Assembly: GCA_964252035.1 (NCBI GenBank)
Contig: OZ176200.1
Source: Podarcis erhardii
Lineage: Eukaryota
DNA length: 64,000 nt
Strand: one strand, 5' to 3'
Within the stretch, counting starts at the first letter, position 1, and the number at the start of each line of letters is the position of its first letter. The position numbers were made by a program, and so were the translations under genes. The notes under the pieces are model-generated. The model did no database searches. It was given only the letters and a program-made list of their open reading frames with translations, and was not told the origin of the DNA. Positions 1-10,947 of the stretch are shown here, in pieces.

Positions 1-182
1 GGGGGTGCCAACCAGTGGCGTAGCGTGGGTTGCCTGGGGCAAGGCAAGTATCCTCGCAGCTCTGATGCCTGTGAGCATCGAGCAGGATGGGAGTTTGGTC
101 AGGAGCGGGTATCTTTCTAAAGCCCGTGCAGATGGAACCTGAGCAACTGGCCATCGCCAATTCTGTGTGAGGCAGAGGGCGT

Positions 183-184
183 AC

Positions 185-223
<39 letters not shown>

Positions 224-251
224 TACTACTATTACTATTATTATTATTATT
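183..251. repeat. (TAT)n/(TAC)n microsatellite
   Basis: Seen directly. Confidence 0.95.
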
Positions 252-252
252 G

Positions 253-472
253 CAGTGGTACCTCGGGTTAAGAACTTAATTCATTCTGGAGGTCCGTTCT
301 TAACCTGAAACTGTTCTTAACCTGAGGTACCATTTTAACTAATGGGGCCTCCTGCTGCGCCGACACCGCACAATTTCTGTTCTCATCCTGAAGCAAAGTT
401 CTTAACCCAAGGTACTATTTCTGGGTCAGCAGAGTCTGTAACCTGAAGCATGTGTAACCCGCGGTACCACTG
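253..472. mobile_element. Tc1/mariner (Tigger/pogo-like) MITE, family copy 1
   Basis: TIRs cagtggtacctcgggtta / taacccgcggtaccactg; TA on the right flank; close paralog at 47531-47761. Confidence 0.85.
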
Positions 473-998
473 TATTACTTTCTTTTTATCTTTTGAAATT
501 TTTCACCCCTAACAATTTTGCGCCCAGGGCAACTTCCCCCATTGCCCCGCCCATGCTACGCCACGGGTCCCAGCTGTGCAGATCCCCATCTCACAAACAG
601 GAAGCTTGCACATGCTTCTCACACAAAAGTGAGGCCTTGCTTCTCTCTCTGCACACTTCTGCCCACATGAGTAGGTCTGAAGTAATTTCAATAATTGATG
701 CCTTTGGATGCATGACTTATGCTCTTAGTTTCTTTTCCTTTTGCATTGTGCCTGTTAGCCTGTGAGTCTGTGGCTGAGGAGTATCTTGTGTGTGTTTTTA
801 ACGTTCTGTAGATGCTGTAAATGAACAGCTCCACATGCTTAGAAAATACTAGGTGTTTTATAAGTGATTGAAATAATTAAGTACAACTATTTAATATGCT
901 ATGTTGTAGCAATTGGGGCTGTTGATGTAAAATGATGTTATAGTTAAACCCTCTGTTTGATATATATCCAGTACTTACATTTCAGCTTTCTTTTTCAG

Positions 999-1168
999 GT
1001 CCTTGTTCATCTGGGACTCCTCACAAAAGAATCTGGATTCAAGATTGCAGAAAATGCCTTTAGTGGTGGCCCACTTGGTGAATTAGTCCAGTGGAGTGAT
1101 TTAATTACATCTCTCTATTTACTGGGCCATGACATTAGGATTTCAGCTTCACTGGCAGAGCTCAAGGA
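999..1168 (+). CDS. MGAT5: MGAT5 coding exon (human exon 7 equivalent, residues ~270-326): VLVHLGLLTKESGFKIAENAFSGGPLGELVQWSDLITSLYLLGHDIRISASLAELKE
   Basis: ttttcAG acceptor at 997-998 and GTaagg donor at 1169; 170 nt. Translation is nearly identical to human GnT-V as recalled and includes the catalytic base E297 (GGPLGE). Confidence 0.98.
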
Positions 1169-2325
1169 GTAAGGAGATTATTTTCCACTTTGAAACTTGA
1201 GTACCAAAAAAACCCCCTTCCTTTAACTGCAAACTCTCTTGAAGCCTTTATTCTACAGCCTATAATTTTGTGAAGAGGAAAATGAAAGTGATAATTCACT
1301 AAACAGATGATAAGTAGATTATTTTCATAAGCTAAATATGTGCACCATGAAAAGCATAATATGTTTTCATTGTCACTGCTTCCTCTTTAGGCTTCATAAA
1401 TGAATGCTGGAAAATTCAGAACTAAGCAGTTCTATTCTCTGCCATTACAGGTGTGCTAGACATCTGCAGCAAGAGAAATGTCTTCTAATTTGTTTCCTCT
1501 TTTTCTTAAATAACCTTTATTTCCAACATGAAACTGTTTATCAGCAAATTAGATTGGTTGTGGTTAATTTGTGTGAAAGCCATCGGTTTTTTCAGACAGG
1601 TTTTGGATTTTGAGCTGTTTTCTGAAGATCCTGTTCTTCAGCATGTGACCCATAATTTCCAAATTATTTCATTGGAAACACATTGAGAATTAAGCCCGTG
1701 GTTACACTGTATTGTGCTGGGGGTGATGTTTAATAGCACAGGTGGTGGTACAGTAAGCCCACAAGGTATGCAAACTTAATTTGTTTGCATTCAGCCTTAC
1801 GCTCTTGGCAAAAAAATGCAAAAAATTAATAACAGATAAAAGCAGGCAGAAAGGGGGCAGGCTTCTGGGAACAAAGGCAAACCCCACCCACCATGACATC
1901 TAACGTGTTTTGACTATACATGGTTTTAGGCGTGATCCCAGGAACGTAACCCCTGCATAGTTGTGGGCTGACTGTATTTGTATGTCAGAAACCGATGAGC
2001 TTTGATTTCAGGGCCCCAAAGAACTGTTCTGCTGTACCACATCTCAACTCAATAAGCCTGAAAGACTTCTCTATTATGCTTCCGTGTAAATTAAGCCAGA
2101 GAGTTAATGTATGGCAGCTAGTCCCAGAAGTGTGTCTGCTTGTATTTGTATAATATACATAAGCAGCCATGAATTAAAATGTTTACAATATGGGCTTAAA
2201 GGATTAGTCATACTGTTTGGTGACACTCCTTTGGTACATGAATAGGCCCATTTGTGGAAAGAATTATGTGAGTTTAATGTAATAGGGTATCCCTATCTGT
2301 TTTAATCTGGTCTGGTTTCACTGTA

Positions 2326-2663
2326 CAGTGGTGCCCCGCAAGACGAATGCCTCGCAGGACGGAAAACCCGCTAGACGAAAGGGTTTTCCGTTTTGGAGGC
2401 GCTTCGCAAAACGAATTTCCCTATGGGCTTGCTTTGCAAGACGAAAATGTCTTGCGAGTTCCTGTGGTTTTTTTCCCCTTCCCCCCCTTTTTCTAAGCCG
2501 CTAAGCCGCTTATCAGCTGATCCGCTAAGCCGCTAAAAGCCGCTAAAAGCCGCTAATAGCACTAATCCGCTAAGCCGTCAATGGGCTTGCTTCGCAAGAC
2601 GAAAAAACCGCTAGACGAAGAGAATCGCGGAACGGATTCTTTTCGTCTTGCGAGGCACCACTG
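2326..2663. mobile_element. Tigger/pogo-like MITE with internal (taagccgc)-type repeats
   Basis: 22-bp TIRs cagtggtgccccgcaagacgaa / ttcgtcttgcgaggcaccactg (1 mismatch); TA TSD on both sides; CpG-rich, suggesting a young copy. Confidence 0.9.
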
Positions 2664-4020
2664 TATTTCTGCCAGTGCAGTGAACACGTTTATGCTAAGG
2701 AAGTTATCAAGTGTTAACCCTGTTGTGGACATTTCCATGCATTAATACCTCTGTCAGTAGTGCTGTTTGCTGAAATGTGAGACTAATGCAGTTTCAAAAT
2801 GAGACTAGCATAATTTCTCTGGAGATTGAGGATCTGGCAAGTTAGTTGCATCTGGAAAGACCAAATTTTTTGAGGCAAACTTTGGTCTTGGTAGAGAGCC
2901 CACTAGGCCCCTCACTTTCCCGATATATAAAACCCCAGTAAGAAATTGGAAGCACATTGTATCTCACCTACTACTAAATGGGGAAGAAGAGCTATTGTGC
3001 ATGTATACATCCATGTGCACACCCACACCATGGTAAGCTTGGGAATTTATTCCTCTTGCAGTGTTTCACAAGTATACAGTACACGGAGAATTGGCTTCTC
3101 TGAGACATGTAGCTCATAGAGGGAAAACAGAACCCAAGGTCATTTGTGAAGGTTACCTATCAGTATTGGATTGCTAGGCAGGAAACGGGGAGGGGGCACT
3201 CAATGAAGGGTGTGGAATTCCTTATAGGAAAGATGCCCTCCAGCTCCAACCTATTCCATATCCTGCTTCCATTCCCTGACACAATATTCTACTTCATTCT
3301 AGTGGGGCTCCTGGAGAAGGCAGCAGTGAAGAGTAGAGGACACGAAAGCCATGTTGCACAAACCATATTTTTCACATTAGTCTTTGCCTGCACAATACAG
3401 TAAGCCATACTACGGTTTTCTGGGACTGTGTGGATGTGCAGGTACAAAGAGAGTTGGTTGCAACCATTATGCTTTCTTCCTGGTCTTCTTTTAACTCCTC
3501 TGCTGAGCTAACCAACGATTAGCTTGGCTTAGCTTGTTTTCCAAACCCAAGTGCTGAGAACAAGCCTTGGCCATAGCTCACAGTTAGCAAGGAAAGAGCC
3601 TAACCACAAGGCCAGGTTTTGATGATGCACTAAATCAAACCATGGCTTAAGATGGGATGAGTAAAGTGACTGTGAACTTCTCTCCAGGAATCCACATGTT
3701 CTCACAGTCGTGGTAAACCATAGTTTGACATATGGTGTTCTGTGAACCAGGCCAGCAAGATGTTAGATCAGTGCTGATAATTTGAGGGTTAGAATACTGC
3801 CTTGGGCAGGCTTTTGGAGTTTTAGTGACTCCTGCTCAGACACTGCTCTTCAAAAATCCTGTTGAGGCAATACATGCGCATACACACATCGGTTTGTTAG
3901 TCATTCTGTCTCTGGGAATGGAAAAATAAAAGCTCACTGTTAAGACTAAATTTATTTCATTCTTATGTAGGAATGTAGGAATTCGGTGGAAATGAAGTTT
4001 TTCTTTTTTCTTACTATTAG

Positions 4021-4155
4021 GATTATGAAGAAGGTTGTTGGTAACAGATCTGGCTGCCCAACTCAAGGGGATAAAGTAGTGGAACTAATTTACATTGACA
4101 TTGTTGGACTGACTCAGTTCAAGAAAACCCTTGGACCATCCTGGGTTCACTATCA
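4021..4155 (+). CDS. MGAT5: MGAT5 coding exon (exon 8 equivalent): IMKKVVGNRSGCPTQGDKVVELIYIDIVGLTQFKKTLGPSWVHYQ
   Basis: ctattAG acceptor and GTaagt donor; 135 nt, phase 2/2. The N334 sequon (NRS) is retained. This exon is not in the ORF track. Confidence 0.98.
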
Positions 4156-5839
4156 GTAAGTATTTCTTTCTAAAGCAGTTTATCAGAAGGCATTGTGGTT
4201 CCACATATCTAGTGCATTTTTACAACTTTCTCCTCATTGTTTCTGATGTTGAATCTGAATTTTTAAACTAGCCCTATTTATGTGCTGCTCTCCTATAGAG
4301 CATTCACATAAGGCCATGACGCCAGTGTCACATACCCAGGCTGTCCTCACATCTTGTGTGGACATCGGAAAAGAACTTTTTTTTCATAGGAGCTCTGTTC
4401 ATTTGCAGGTCTGTGCTCAACAAGCAGCCTTGCTCCTGCTTTAAAACACGTGCCCAACCTGTAAGAAATTGTATGACAGTACCCCCTTATGTCCCTCAAG
4501 GCCAGAGCGTTGGGAATCTCTCTCCCCCCTCCCCCCCCCACTTCAGTGAAGTGGAACTGGCAAATTCCTGGATATCAGGAGGATAAATCTTGCACAGAGC
4601 AGAAATGTAATATTTTTTTCTTAAGACTAAGATTCCTGATTTATGCAAGCCTGAATCTGATTCTACTGTGGAGTAGCTAATCCATTAATTGTCGTTTATA
4701 TGCCACTGAAGAAGTTTGAAATGCATCTGGCAACTGGAGTCACTACTTTTTGCTGATTAGATTTATTAATCTCTGTTTTGTTATCTGTTTTGTTTTTTCA
4801 GTATTTGATTATGCGTATCTGAAAGTATACTTAACCAAAATAAATTGTATTATTTTGCATTCTTCTTGCTTTTTAGTTGCTTTAGTTTTTTTGTGGTCAG
4901 GGGTCACTCAGGTGTATCTCCAGACTTTATTTTGGTGCACTGTGAACAAACCTTGTATTCATACCCGCCCTTCTCCCCACTGACACCCAATTACTTCCTC
5001 TTACAAAAAATCCAGGGCTTGTTTTTCTATCCAGAGTGGTGAACTGAACTACAGTTTATACTTGCTCTCCAGATCATGTTTTCAAATCAGCTTCAAGCTG
5101 TGGTTTGCCATTCTAGTTTGGAGTGAAAGCATAATCCATATTTGGATGACTCAAATGTAATAGGCTTGCAGGAAAATGGAAGTAAATATTTTTTTCAGAT
5201 GAGCAAGGAGAGTGTGCATGTGTGTGCAAGCTTTATCACGTAACACCAAGCCACAGTTTGCAGTTGTAGCAGAACAGAGCCTGAAAAACATAATTGAAAA
5301 TATGAAAGGGCAACATATATTCACTCATTTTTCATTCATGTAGGTTTACATAAAACTGAGCACATTCTGTTAGGAAGAAGATGGGAGGGAAAAATGTGCC
5401 TGACAAACTAAAACCTCATTGTTTTCCTTCTTCCTAGTTCATTAAATATATGAAATAACATGGATATTCCAACTTTTCTTTGCTGCTTTTCTTTACCAAA
5501 TGTTTCAAATTGAAAAAAGCTGTTTTTAGCATTTGAGGTAACTTGGTTAACTATTCATTTTGCAGCATGAACTGAGTAATGGAATAAAGTGCTTTGGAAA
5601 GCTATGGGCTCTGGAGGCATTTGTTGACGATGGGGTCCAACAATATCTTGCCTTTTCAGTTCAGGAAGTTGAATTAGTTATCCTTTGGTTTTCTTTAAGC
5701 TTTCTGTTTTCCAGTTACTCTTTGGTACTCTATAAAGTGGAAGTCATCAAAACACCTCCAAGTGGTATAGCAGTAAAACTGCTAGCACATTTGCAAAGCT
5801 AAGTAGAGTCTGGTATGGTTTCAAATTGGATGGGGGACC

Positions 5840-5915
5840 ACTTGTTGAGATTCCTGCATTGCAGGGGTTGGACTAGATGGCCCCTGGCATCCCTTTCAGT
5901 CCTATAATTCTATGA
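5840..5915 (+). mobile_element. CR1 LINE 3' end remnant
   Basis: gagattcctgcattgcaggggttggactagatggccc...attctatga, a typical squamate CR1 terminus. Confidence 0.7.
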
Positions 5916-6454
5916 AAAGTAGAGAAGAAGAAAACTTAACAGTAAAGCTACTTTAGGAATCACGTTATATACCTTTTCTTAACTTTGGTTTACTTTCCTT
6001 CAAACATTATTTTTAAGAGTGCACCATATGCATAACAGTGCATTAAAACTTGACTTGGTGATTCATTTCTTTGTTATCAGTTTTAATGCAACAGGGAGAA
6101 TAATAAATATTATGTAACTTGTCACTGTATTTCAGATAGTTAATTCAGCCTACTCATTTTGCTAATCCTTATCTTCTAAGAATCATCCCACGTCCTGCAT
6201 TTGGCTTAAAACCAAATGCTTTTATTCAAATCCCACTCTCCTTTCCACAGTATAACCCAACAGCTTCCTTCTGCTGTATGATTTATTCTACTAAATAATA
6301 CATTTGGTTCCCGACAAGCACTTGATGTAATCAAAAAATAATTCTGCTGCTGTAAAATGTTTTCACTGAAAGCGGTTGACATAAAGCTTTGAATTTCAGC
6401 TACCCAGTGCAGACTTAGGGGACTTAGAATGTGGAAGTATCATGGATGCATAAA

Positions 6455-6660
6455 ATAGAATCACAGAATTGTAGCATTGGAAGGGACACCGAGGGTCATC
6501 TAGTCCAACCCCTTGCAATACAGGAAACTCAGCTAAAGCATCCATGACAGGTGGCCATCCAACCTCTGCTTAAAAACCTCCAAGGAAGGACAGTCCACTT
6601 CCCAAGGGAGTCTGATCCACTCTCCAACAGCTCTTATTGTCAGAAAATTCTTCTTTGTGT
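6455..6660 (-). mobile_element. CR1 LINE 3' end
   Basis: Reverse-complement CR1 tail (tagaatcacagaattgtag...gtcatctagtccaacccc...ccaacctctgcttaaaaacctcc). Confidence 0.8.
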
Positions 6661-6788
6661 TTAATTTATTGCAATTCTTCTCCCCCCCCCCCACCTCTTG
6701 ATCCCATCCCAACTCTGAAACTGCCTTTCAAATACTTTTTCTATCAAAACTTCTCAACAAAGTACTCTTAGGCCATTGTTGAGAAGTA

Positions 6789-7030
6789 CCGTATTTTTCG
6801 CTCTATAAGACGCACCTAGTTTTTGGAGGAGGAAAACAAGAAAAAAAATATTCTGAATCTCTGAAGCCAGAACAGCAAGAGGGATCGTTGCTCAGTGAAA
6901 GCAGCAATCCCTCTTGCTGTTCTGGCTTCTGGGATGGCTGCACAGCCTGCATTCGCTCCATAAGACGCACACACATTTCCCCTTACTATTTAGGAGGGAA
7001 AAAGTGAGTCTTATAGAGCAAAAAATACGG
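6789..7030. mobile_element. Tc2-like (TcMar) MITE, copy 1
   Basis: TIRs ccgtatttttcgctctataagac / gtcttatagagcaaaaaatacgg; TA TSD; internal inverted repeat. Confidence 0.85.
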
Positions 7031-7346
7031 TACTTCTAGGCCATTTGTCAGTGGACATATGCAAGTAAGAATAATAATACTTGGTATTTAGGGAGAATGG
7101 GCCCTTTCTAAGTCCCAAGATTGCTAGGTTTATTATGTAAATTGGCCCGTGGTGTTGCCATCAGAGGCAGATGTTTACCATATTTTCTTTGACATGAATA
7201 AATATGAATAGTAACCATGCTGATTTGTTGATGCATGTCATGGTATTGCTTTTATTCTCAGTTATGCCAGAAATTTCTGTATCAGCTTTAGAAGGCATGG
7301 TCACCAATTACTAACACTGTTGTTGCCTTCCTTTATCTTTGCATAG

Positions 7347-7480
7347 GTGCATGTTACGAGTGCTAGATTCCTTTGGGACTGAACCAGAGTTTAACCATGC
7401 TCATTATGCCCAATCTAAAGGCCACAAAACTCCATGGGGAAAATGGAACCTTAACCCACAACAATTCTACACAATGTTTC
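7347..7480 (+). CDS. MGAT5: MGAT5 coding exon (exon 9 equivalent): CMLRVLDSFGTEPEFNHAHYAQSKGHKTPWGKWNLNPQQFYTMF
   Basis: gcatAG acceptor and GTaagt donor; 134 nt. Acceptor-binding D378/S379/F380 and W401 equivalents are present. Confidence 0.98.
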
Positions 7481-8135
7481 GTAAGTTCAAGTTGTTTACA
7501 AAAGCAATTTTTGCTTTTCAGAATAGGAGTTAGCCCTCGGAGTCCTCCAAGTCGAGATATTACATAAAAAAGAAGATATGTCCACATATTAAACTGTTTT
7601 TATAGGTCTGTAGTTATTTTGGTATCCTTCACTTTTAATATTACAAGTCTTTGAATATAATGAAAGGGTAAACATATATTCTAAGCACTTATTAAATGCT
7701 AGGGGCTGCATCTCTGCTCTCTTTGCTGGACCATCCCACCTACTCTTATCTACCCCCTCACCAAAGCCACCCCCTCCCCTTACGCATCATCAAGGACACT
7801 CTCTCCCCTCCCTCCTCTTCCCTTTTCTCCTTACACCTTGCCAAACATCTTGCTCACTTACCTGCGCCACCCATCCTCTGGCCTGTGCTGCCTTCTGCCT
7901 TTCTATCTCCCTCCTCCTCAGCCCCTTATGCTGCTGCCTTGGCTCAGCAGTTCTGAGACCAGTTTTTTTTTACCATGCTGTACCTCACAGTGCTACCTGT
8001 CAATAGCCATGTGAATTGCAACATGACAGTATCCTTAGGAAAATACATAATAGAAGATAAGACTTATGACAGTGTTGCAGTGATGCATAATGATGCAGTG
8101 CTGACTTTTTGTTTGTTTGGTTGATTGGTTTACAG

Positions 8136-8269
8136 CTCACACTCCAGACAATAGTTTCCTTGGTTTTGTTGTGGAACAATATCTGAATTCCAGTGACATC
8201 AAGCACTTCAACGTAATTAAAAGGCAGGACCAGTCACTTGTCTATGGCAAAGTTGATAACTTCTGGAAG
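8136..8269 (+). CDS. MGAT5: MGAT5 coding exon (exon 10 equivalent): PHTPDNSFLGFVVEQYLNSSDIKHFNVIKRQDQSLVYGKVDNFWK
   Basis: ttacAG acceptor and GTgagt donor; 134 nt; in frame with both neighbours. Confidence 0.98.
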
Positions 8270-9837
8270 GTGAGTTGCTATGCTGAACAAATCTTTTCTT
8301 GGAAGTTCATTTTCAATGACTGAGCAGAACACAAAGTTGCAAGCTTAAACTGAGCTATATTTTAATTAGTGTTTGACAGGTACTTTTTAGAAAACAATGC
8401 TGGCAGATATTATCTGTTCAAAGAGGTTTTTAACAAAAGATGCAGCTCCTTTAGACTATAGTCTTGTGCACAATTTTACGCCATTATATGTTCAGCCAGG
8501 TTTATTGCACCATGTTTATAACTGAAAGATTTGGAAGGCGAAAGGGACATGCCATTAATCTGTACCAAGCCATTGTGTATGAGCAAGTACAAACATTTGA
8601 CTCTTGTCTTCTCCCCTCTCCTCAATTCTCATGCATTGAAAAGAAACTTAGAGCTCCTGGTTGGCTTCTCAGTCAAACTACTTTCCATATTATATCTGAA
8701 TATTGGAAACAAAAACTCTCCTAGCTGTACTTACTGGGTGGAATTCAACATCATGCTCTTCCAATCATTCTATCTGTGCAAGCATTACAACTTGTCAGGT
8801 GGAATGATTCCTCTCTCTCCTACCTCCTCGTGTTGTTCAGGTGGTTTTACTGCCACCCCCCAAAAAATTAAAAAAATATATTCAGTGTGCAGGAGTCAAA
8901 TTGTACATGTGGAAGTCCTTGAACAGGGCTTCTGTTGATGAGGCTGGTTAGGTGAATCCTGCCCACTGTCTTTAACACACTATTACATGCACGGCTTCTG
9001 TGTTCCCATTTGTGAGATTGCTAGTGTGAGTGTCACATTCTTTTTACCAAAGGATCTCCAGCTAATTGTCAGCTTAACTGAATGTTTAGCCTTACAAATA
9101 CCTCCAAAAAATCCCTGTTCCCAACACTCTCAAGTTTCTTTGTAATCCAAGTATTCACAATCCTGACCATAGTGGAAGATAGAGGCCCTGATTTGCTGCA
9201 CATTGTGAAGCCATAGAACAGCCAATGGAGACTTACTCCAACTCTCTCATTTGTTACAAGTAATTGGTCTCTGGGTAGCAGCCTCTGGCCAAACTTGCTT
9301 GTGGATTCATGTGTTGTTGAACTTGTAGGTACTGAAAGAAAAACAGAAGAGTTGATTTCTCTAGTTTCAGTTATTATTTTTCTTTCCAAAATGCTCAAAG
9401 GAATTGCTTTTACATGTTTAAAGAACCATTGAATTAGGTATTCTTTTAAAAAGTATCGTTTATGAAGTGCCAATGGTAGACTAGGCCATTGGCACTTTCA
9501 AAAATGATAACCTATGAGTTATCTTTTGCCTAAAGTTTTTTTTTTCTTTTTTACTTGCTAACTTGCTGTTTCCCTGTAATCATAATATTAAATAATTCAC
9601 TTATTTTCACATGCACGGCAAGGTCTTGACTGAGTCAAATTTCTTAGCCCTGACTTCAAGGCATTCTCCTCATCCAGAAAGAAGTGCAGAGAGAGAGAGA
9701 GAGAGCTGTATGCTTACAAAAGAGATTTTCTTTTGTTCATTTCCCTTGAGAATTAAACATACAGCTCCAGAGAACAAGGGCAAAAAAAAAACAATCCTTG
9801 GTCACCTCTGGTCTGCTAGAAGAACAAACACCTTGGA

Positions 9838-10118
9838 GTATCACATAGAGGAGGGAGAAAGGTTGTTTTCTGCTGCTCCAGAAAAGCAGACACGGAGCAA
9901 TGGTTCCAAACTACAAGAAAAAAGATTCCACCTAAACATTAGGAAGAACTTCCTGACAGTAAGAGCTGTTCGACAGTGGAATTTGCTGCCAAGGAGTGTG
10001 GTGGAGTCTCCTTCTTTGGAGGTCTTTAAGCAGAGGCTTGACAACCATATGTCAGGAGTGCTCTGATGGTGTTTCCTGTTTGGCAGGGGGTTGGACTCGA
10101 TGGCCCTTGTGGTCTCTT
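9838..10118 (+). mobile_element. 5'-truncated CR1 LINE (ORF2 C-terminus and 3' tail)
   Basis: Encodes ...SNGSKLQEKRFHLNIRKNFLTVRAVRQWNLLPRSVVESPSLEVFKQRLDNHMSGVL; ends in ttctatgattctatga. Confidence 0.93.
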
Positions 10119-10624
10119 CCAACTCTATGATTCTATGATCCTTCCCCTTGCCCTCTAGGTGTTTAGGACTCTAGCTCCTATCAGCCCCAGCTAGCTTGAC
10201 CACTGGTCAGTGATTATGGGAGTTGTAGTCCAAAACATCTGCAGGGCACTAGGTTGGGGAAGGCTGCCTTGGGGCGTTCTCCAAATTGCCCTCCATTCTC
10301 AGCAGAAAGGCTTCGTGTTGTCCCATTATTGCCCAGAGGGCACAGCCATCATCCATAATACAACACAAGTATTCAGAGAAGCAAATGCAGCAAGTACTAC
10401 TCTGTGCAATTAAAGTTCTGTAATTTCTAGCTCTTCATAAGAGGTAGCTGCTGAGAGCCAGATGAGATAATCTTAACCTTTTGTGCTTATATGTTGTCAT
10501 TTTATTTGGTAAATGGCTAGTTGAAATGCAGTTGTAACAAACTGAATTATAATGGCATGTTAACAGCCAAAGGCAGCTGTGTTAGCATGTAAGCAAGAAG
10601 TTTCAAAATCTGGTTGGCCAACAA

Positions 10625-10682
10625 CTTTATTGGACCTATCAAAACATTGCAAATTTGTTGCAAGCTTTTGAGTTGTCCAGAC
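10625..10682 (-). mobile_element. Decayed terminus of a squamate Penelope-like, hammerhead-bearing repeat
   Basis: Resembles the recalled lizard repeat ctttattaggccaac...gcaagctttcgagttctccagaactcttcatcagg; the CTGATGA part is missing here. Confidence 0.4.
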
Positions 10683-10851
10683 AAGATGTTACATAAAGCA
10701 GGAGGTGAGGGTTTTTCTTTCTTTGTTTTTAGTACAGAGAGGTTAGGCTAGATATTGTAGCATGTTTGCAGATGGAACTTGGAGGCTGGGTAAATCTCCC
10801 CTTGGTGCTACAAATACCAGGTTTTACACCTCGCATTCTAGAAAAAAGAAT

Positions 10852-10947
10852 CAATAGCTTGCAACCCAGATATGCAACCCAGATATGCAACCCAGATATG
10901 CAACCCAGATATGCAACCCAGATATGCAATAGCTTGCAACCCAGATA
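10852..10947. repeat. 13-bp tandem repeat (gcaacccagatat)x5 inside a 21-bp direct duplication
   Basis: Five exact units at 10861-10925; caatagcttgcaacccagata at both 10852-10872 and 10927-10947. Confidence 0.95.

Larger units (their letters stand above)
13..566. mobile_element. Non-autonomous hAT-like DNA element hosting a nested MITE and a microsatellite
   Basis: TIRs cagtggcgtagcgtggg (13-29) and cccatgctacgccacgg (550-566); flanks gtgccaac / gtcccagc match at 6 of 8 positions. Confidence 0.6.

Noticed and set aside
4706-4735. Minimal hammerhead core CTGAAGA-agttt-GAAA (similar at ~18742)
   Set aside because: Stem III does not close with the required U-H cleavage triplet, and no stem I partner is seen. 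I found no intact HHR by eye; an Infernal scan would be decisive.
8531-9473. 135-aa (+) and 134-aa (-) intronic ORFs
   Set aside because: No recognisable domain, TE protein or splice context; lengths are compatible with chance in 64 kb.
9611-10066. 151-aa ORF as a novel gene
   Set aside because: The C-terminal half is CR1 ORF2, and the N-terminal half is chance-open intron that includes a (GA)n run.
10861-10925. CRISPR-like array
   Set aside because: Units are 13 bp and directly adjacent with no spacers; the context is a vertebrate intron.
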